From Candidatus Aenigmatarchaeota archaeon (lineage in GTDB: Archaea > Aenigmatarchaeota > Aenigmatarchaeia > CG10238-14 > SCSR01), in the NCBI GenBank assembly GCA_038998335.1, contig JAVZHQ010000001.1, forward strand, positions 704,001 through 768,000: a stretch of DNA of 64,000 nucleotides, in the 5' to 3' direction. Position numbers and translations under genes: made by a program. The notes under the pieces were generated by a model. The model did no database searches. It was not told where the DNA came from and saw only the letters and a list, made by a program, of their open reading frames with translations. Within the stretch, counting starts at the first letter, position 1. Each line of letters opens with the position of its first letter. Below, piece after piece: positions 59,881 through 64,000 of this stretch.

Positions 59881-59967
59881 TGGGGTTGCTGGGATTTGAA
59901 CCCAGGTTACGAGCGCCCGAGGCTTCCACTAATTTTCGTGTCCTAGACCAAGCTAGACGACAACCCC
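59881..59967 (-). tRNA. tRNA-Pro(CGG) with a 12-nt intron at position 29/30 (intron 59924-59935)
   Basis: GGGGTTG/CAACCCC acceptor stem, CTGGG-TTCAAAT-CCCAG T arm; removing AAATTAGTGGAA restores stem CGAGC/GCTCG with loop CT-CGG-GC. Confidence 0.9.
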
Positions 59968-60876
59968 AGACAAAAGATTCTTCCACCTTAATCTTGCATA
60001 TTTTGCCACCATACCTCCTTTTAATTTTTCGATAGTCAGCAGTACAGAAGGGAAAACATGGCAACCGCATTTTTCACATAAAACATTTTCTCCTAATACA
60101 CATGGCTTCTTTATTTTGCCATATGCGTCTATTGATAAAGTGCACCAGTTTGGGCATCTTTTTGTCCAACCCGAATTTCTCATCATTTCCAATTCTTCCG
60201 TAGTATTGGCGATAAAATCGTAATATTTTTCTTTAAGTTTTATTAACAAATCAATATCTCTATTTCTTTGTTGATAATCAACCCAAAGGGGGTCGTTATT
60301 CGAAAAAGGCGTGTACCAATTAAAAGCTATTGCTCTTAAACCCAAGTCCATTGCACTTTCAACTATTTCTGTGATGTAGTTATGATTTATTGAGTTGAGA
60401 GTCGAAGTTCCAACGATACAATCAGTCGGGGAAGATTTTATGTTTTTTTTCATTTTATCATAAACACCTTTCCCTCTCAATTTATCATGGATCTTTTTGT
60501 TTCCATCCAAACTAACAATATATAAAACATCAAAATCTGGGAGTTCTTGAGTACCATTTGTAACTATCCAAGTAACCCAAAATTTTTTAACAGCTATTTC
60601 ACACTTTTCTATAGATTTATTATTTAGCAACGGTTCACCATCTGTCAAAGTGCACTGGACTATTCCTTTCTTCAAAAGTAAATCAACCAAACTACTAAAT
60701 TGATCTATCGATAATTCTTTCTCTCTTTTAAGGCGATTTATTCTTTCGTAACATCCAGGACATTTCAAGTTGCATTGTGCGGTTGGAGCTAAAGAGCATG
60801 CAAACGGTTTTCTATCTTTTAGATATTTGACTTTAAAAAATCTATAGTATGCATACAATTCTTTAAATCCAAACAT
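59953..60876 (-). CDS. radical SAM protein with Cys-rich (twitch/SPASM-like) C-terminus
   Basis: CNLKCPGC, DGEPL, TNG, VSLDG..HD.LRG, C-terminal PC...CEKCGC. Confidence 0.88.
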   Translation of the reverse strand: MFGFKELYAYYRFFKVKYLKDRKPFACSLAPTAQCNLKCPGCYERINRLKREKELSIDQFSSLVDLLLKKGIVQCTLTDGEPLLNNKSIEKCEIAVKKFWVTWIVTNGTQELPDFDVLYIVSLDGNKKIHDKLRGKGVYDKMKKNIKSSPTDCIVGTSTLNSINHNYITEIVESAMDLGLRAIAFNWYTPFSNNDPLWVDYQQRNRDIDLLIKLKEKYYDFIANTTEELEMMRNSGWTKRCPNWCTLSIDAYGKIKKPCVLGENVLCEKCGCHVFPSVLLTIEKLKGGMVAKYARLRWKNLLSGVVV

Positions 60877-61055
60877 GATTAAGTTTTATTTCTAAAGTTA
60901 TTTAATTTTTGTTTCTGATTTTTAATTTTTCAATTAAATCTTATGGCTGTTTGAATTTAAACAGCCTAACTATTGGTGGGGAAAATGTTGTACAACCAAC
61001 TGGAGATAAACCTTAAAAAGTATAAAGCTGCATGGAAGGAGAAATTTTTGTAACA

Positions 61056-61646
61056 TTATTTTACTTCAATCGTTATCTTAATTTCAGTTCCAAGGGTTTT
61101 TAATTTTTCTACAAGCTCTCTTTTCAAATCACAGGCAGCTTTATTAGAAAGTATAGCTAAAGTTCTGTTATCAATAAAGTCAGACTTTCTAACCACAATA
61201 TCTTCTACATGGCTTAGCTTTAAGGCAGGTGAACCGTAGGCTATTACCTTATCTTCTATTCCTCCAGCCGAAATTGTTATCTCTACTTTTTTCCCTTCTT
61301 TTAAGGCTTCCTTTATTTCTTTGCTTAAATCTTTGCATGATTTATTTGCCTTTACCCCAATTATACAATCAGCATCTTTTTTTATTTCTCCAGATTTTGT
61401 GATTTCAAAAGTTGTTTTATGCATGGCAGAAATGTTTGGATGACCATAAGCTATTATTTCTTCCTTTACAGGCTTAATTTCCATCAAAAGTTTCCAACCT
61501 CTTTCTGTTGGTATGTAAGCTCCTGTTTCTGTGTAAAAAACCATACCTTTTGCTTCCAAGGCTTCAAAAGTTGCTCTAATCATTTCAGGAGTTATTGCTG
61601 GCAATTCAGGCTCAATTTCTCTCATTTCTTTTGTTTCTTTTTTCAT
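61056..61646 (-). CDS. DUF371 domain protein with N-terminal extension
   Basis: GHPNI.A.H.TTFEITK, DCIIGV.A, VRKSDFID.RTL. Confidence 0.88.
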   Translation of the reverse strand: MKKETKEMREIEPELPAITPEMIRATFEALEAKGMVFYTETGAYIPTERGWKLLMEIKPVKEEIIAYGHPNISAMHKTTFEITKSGEIKKDADCIIGVKANKSCKDLSKEIKEALKEGKKVEITISAGGIEDKVIAYGSPALKLSHVEDIVVRKSDFIDNRTLAILSNKAACDLKRELVEKLKTLGTEIKITIEVK

Positions 61647-62386
61647 TTTTCTTTCCTCCCAAAAGTTAACCAACCAGTATGCATTATACCAACAGTTTTC
61701 GGTCTTGTATACTTTTCAACTTGCCATTCCCTTACTATATTTTCAACAGTTTTTATATTACAAAAACCTTTCTCTTTCATTTTTTTTGTTACAGAGGAAA
61801 CCTGCTCTATATAAGGAGAGTAAACAACCAGCCAACCCCCTGGTTTTAAAGCCTTGAAAGCATGCTCTATAACTTTTTCAGCATCTTTTAGATCTAAAGT
61901 TATTAAGTCAACGTTTTTTTCATCAATACCTTTTGTTATATCCTTTTCTTTTAGCTTAATGTTTTTTAATCCTGAAAGCTTGATATTTTTCTTTGCAATT
62001 TTTGCAAATTTTTTATTACTTTCATAAGTAACAACTTTTCCAGGAGAAAGATAACTTGCAAGAAATATAGCTAAAAAACCAGAACCTGTACCTGCATCTA
62101 CAACCAAACTTCCTGGTTTAATTCCTGTGTAAGCAAGAATTAAGGCAGCATCTTTTGGCATAATTATTTGTGGTAATCTTTCAAGTTTTTCGAGCAAATC
62201 TACTATTGTTGGGTTAACTATTACAAATTCTTTATTCAAGTGAGTTTTGATTTTTTCACCAAAACTTTTTTTAAAAAGTTCTTCTAAGTTGAAGATTCCA
62301 TCTTTTGTGTGAAATTTTCCTTTTTTCACTTTTACCAAGTAAGAGCTTTCTTTTGAAAGAAGTAAAACCGGCTGATTTTTCTTCAT
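61643..62386 (-). CDS. trmI: tRNA (adenine-N1)-methyltransferase TrmI
   Basis: PQIIMPKD, DAGTGSG, LDL, YSPYIEQV, HTG.L.F.RK. Confidence 0.92.
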   Translation of the reverse strand: MKKNQPVLLLSKESSYLVKVKKGKFHTKDGIFNLEELFKKSFGEKIKTHLNKEFVIVNPTIVDLLEKLERLPQIIMPKDAALILAYTGIKPGSLVVDAGTGSGFLAIFLASYLSPGKVVTYESNKKFAKIAKKNIKLSGLKNIKLKEKDITKGIDEKNVDLITLDLKDAEKVIEHAFKALKPGGWLVVYSPYIEQVSSVTKKMKEKGFCNIKTVENIVREWQVEKYTRPKTVGIMHTGWLTFGRKEK

Positions 62387-62482
62387 GGTTACTCACCTAT
62401 TTTTTAATTTTCTCATTTTAAGTCAAACAATTAAAAAGTATATATTTTAAATATTTTTTCATTTGATAAAGTATAAAATGGT

Positions 62483-62953
62483 GTGCATATGAGAATGAAA
62501 GAAGTGAAGGCATTTATTAAATCTCTATACAAGAGAAATGACGAAGATTTTACTAGGGCAATTTTTGGTGGGCTTTCTTATTACGAAGTACTGAATAACA
62601 TAACAGGTGATACTTTTAAATCATTTGATTGTGTCGAAAGACTTTTACCCAAAATAAATTCAAGTTTAGAAAATAAGGGGTATGTAATGAAAAAAATTAG
62701 TACTAATCCGCTCACTTATGATCCTGTGGAAAGTCCTGATTTTGTAGTTAAAAGTAAGGGTTTAAGAGGATTCTTTCAATATGTTAACGGGCTTTTAAGT
62801 GTTCTTGCATATCCTGCTGAAATTAAAGTTAGAGGGGTGGATAAAAGTATATACATTCAAGAAAAGCACAAGACAATTTTACCTGAGATGGAAATTCTTG
62901 CTAAAGAACTGGAAGAGAAAATAGGGAAAAAAGTTGAAATTTCAGTTATTTAA
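62483..62953 (+). CDS. hypothetical protein
   Basis: 156-aa ORF, divergent from trmI. Confidence 0.6.
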   Translation: MHMRMKEVKAFIKSLYKRNDEDFTRAIFGGLSYYEVLNNITGDTFKSFDCVERLLPKINSSLENKGYVMKKISTNPLTYDPVESPDFVVKSKGLRGFFQYVNGLLSVLAYPAEIKVRGVDKSIYIQEKHKTILPEMEILAKELEEKIGKKVEISVI

Positions 62954-62964
62954 TCCCCTACTAT

Positions 62965-63876
62965 TCACATGCTCCTCAGAATTCTTATGCGCTCTTCTAT
63001 TGGTGGGTGGGTTGCGTATAACTTATCCAAAGGGCTTTTATTAGGGTCTACAAAAAATAAGTGACTAACTGCTTCACTAACTTTCATCTTCCCTTGATTT
63101 ATTTTCATGATTTTCTCTAAAGCAGAAGCTAGACCTTCAGGATATCTCGTTAACTCTACTGCGCTCGCATCAGCAAGAAATTCCCTTCTTCTTGAGATTG
63201 CAAATTGAACAAGCCTAACAGCAATAGGAGCTATTAAAGCAAGAATTGCTCCTATTACAATAAGTAAAAGAATGCTTCCCCCACCTTTTCCACTTCTTCT
63301 ATCCCTACTGTATAAACTATAACGAAGAGATCTTAGTAGCATGTAACTTAAAATAGCAACCAACCCAACCATAACAGCAACTATTGTCATAAACCTTATG
63401 TCATAGTTTTTGATGTGAGAAATTTCATGTGCGATTACTCCTTCTATCTCATCTCTTTTTAAATTTTTAAGTAAACCTGTTGTTACTGCTATCGAAGCAT
63501 TCTCAGGGTTTCTTCCTGTAGCAAAAGCGTTTATTTCCTCGCTTTCTATAATGTAAATTTTTGGTTTTGGTATGCCTGCAGCTATGCTCAAACCTTCAAC
63601 AGTATTCACAAGATGAACATAATTTTTATCATTTTCATCTATAGGCTTTGCGTTTGTTGCGGCAAGAACAACTTTATCCCCATACATGTAGGTTCCATAA
63701 GTATAAAGGGAAACAAAGAATAACGCAAAAACAAGAAAAAACAAGGAAAGTTCTGGTAGAAAAATCTCACCTATAATGTAGATTAAGGCGGTAAGGAAAG
63801 CAAAAACAATAAGAGCTAAAAGAAGAGAATTTCTTCTATTTTTAGCTATCTGATCATAAAAGCTTATTCTTTCCAT
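62965..63876 (-). CDS. htpX: M48 zinc metalloprotease HtpX
   Basis: NAFATGRNP, HEISH, SRRREFLAD, THPPIEERI. Confidence 0.93.
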   Translation of the reverse strand: MERISFYDQIAKNRRNSLLLALIVFAFLTALIYIIGEIFLPELSLFFLVFALFFVSLYTYGTYMYGDKVVLAATNAKPIDENDKNYVHLVNTVEGLSIAAGIPKPKIYIIESEEINAFATGRNPENASIAVTTGLLKNLKRDEIEGVIAHEISHIKNYDIRFMTIVAVMVGLVAILSYMLLRSLRYSLYSRDRRSGKGGGSILLLIVIGAILALIAPIAVRLVQFAISRRREFLADASAVELTRYPEGLASALEKIMKINQGKMKVSEAVSHLFFVDPNKSPLDKLYATHPPIEERIRILRSM

Positions 63877-64000
63877 CAGAATTCCACTTTAACTGGTTTT
63901 CTTTCTTCTTCTGTAATTTCAAAGTATTCTTTTGGCTTATCTTTTCCCATAATTTTTGCGAACCAAATGCCAGGAATTGTTGAAATTGTATTGTTAAACC
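63876..64000 (-). CDS. lemA: LemA family protein, C-terminal part (runs off the window)
   Basis: reads FNNTISTIPGIWFAKIMG...EYFEITEEERKPVKVEF*; TGATG coupling to htpX, the usual lemA-htpX pair. Confidence 0.8.
   Translation of the reverse strand, partial: FNNTISTIPGIWFAKIMGKDKPKEYFEITEEERKPVKVEF

Noticed and set aside
59864-60070. 68-aa ORF on the minus strand
   Set aside because: It is a translation of the tRNA-Pro gene and an alternate frame of the rSAM gene
35-61814. Many short antisense or alternate-frame ORFs in the track (e.g. 2292-2615, 24047-24511, 43587-44018, 49045-49416)
   Set aside because: They lie within well-supported genes and show the shadow composition of the opposite strand

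Overview
AT-rich, gene-dense archaeal chromosomal segment. The gene set (eS1, uS15, histone, RadA, RPA, Hjc, Hel308, split Kae1/Bud32, AglB, TrmI) and compact overlapping layout suggest a DPANN, possibly Aenigmarchaeota-like, anaerobe; this is an inference. The window holds (i) informational genes, including a RadA interrupted by three homing-endonuclease inteins; (ii) a ~28 kb N-glycosylation/surface-glycan locus (AglB, AglH-like enzyme, flippase, GT2/GT4/GT-C enzymes, an HpnJ-like radical SAM, amino-sugar enzymes) with several gene remnants; (iii) a replication module in which an intact family-B DNA polymerase ends in a PolD-DP2-type Zn finger and lies directly downstream of a DP1 paralog with a degenerate nuclease site, i.e. 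a eukaryote-like catalytic plus B-subunit pair, preceded by two winged-helix genes flanking a 21-bp iteron-like tandem array; (iv) two tRNAs, Leu-CAG and Pro-CGG (the latter with a 12-nt non-canonical intron), each overlapping the stop codon of its upstream CDS. No rRNA, CRISPR array or transposase was seen. All calls come from motif recognition by eye; no database searches were run.
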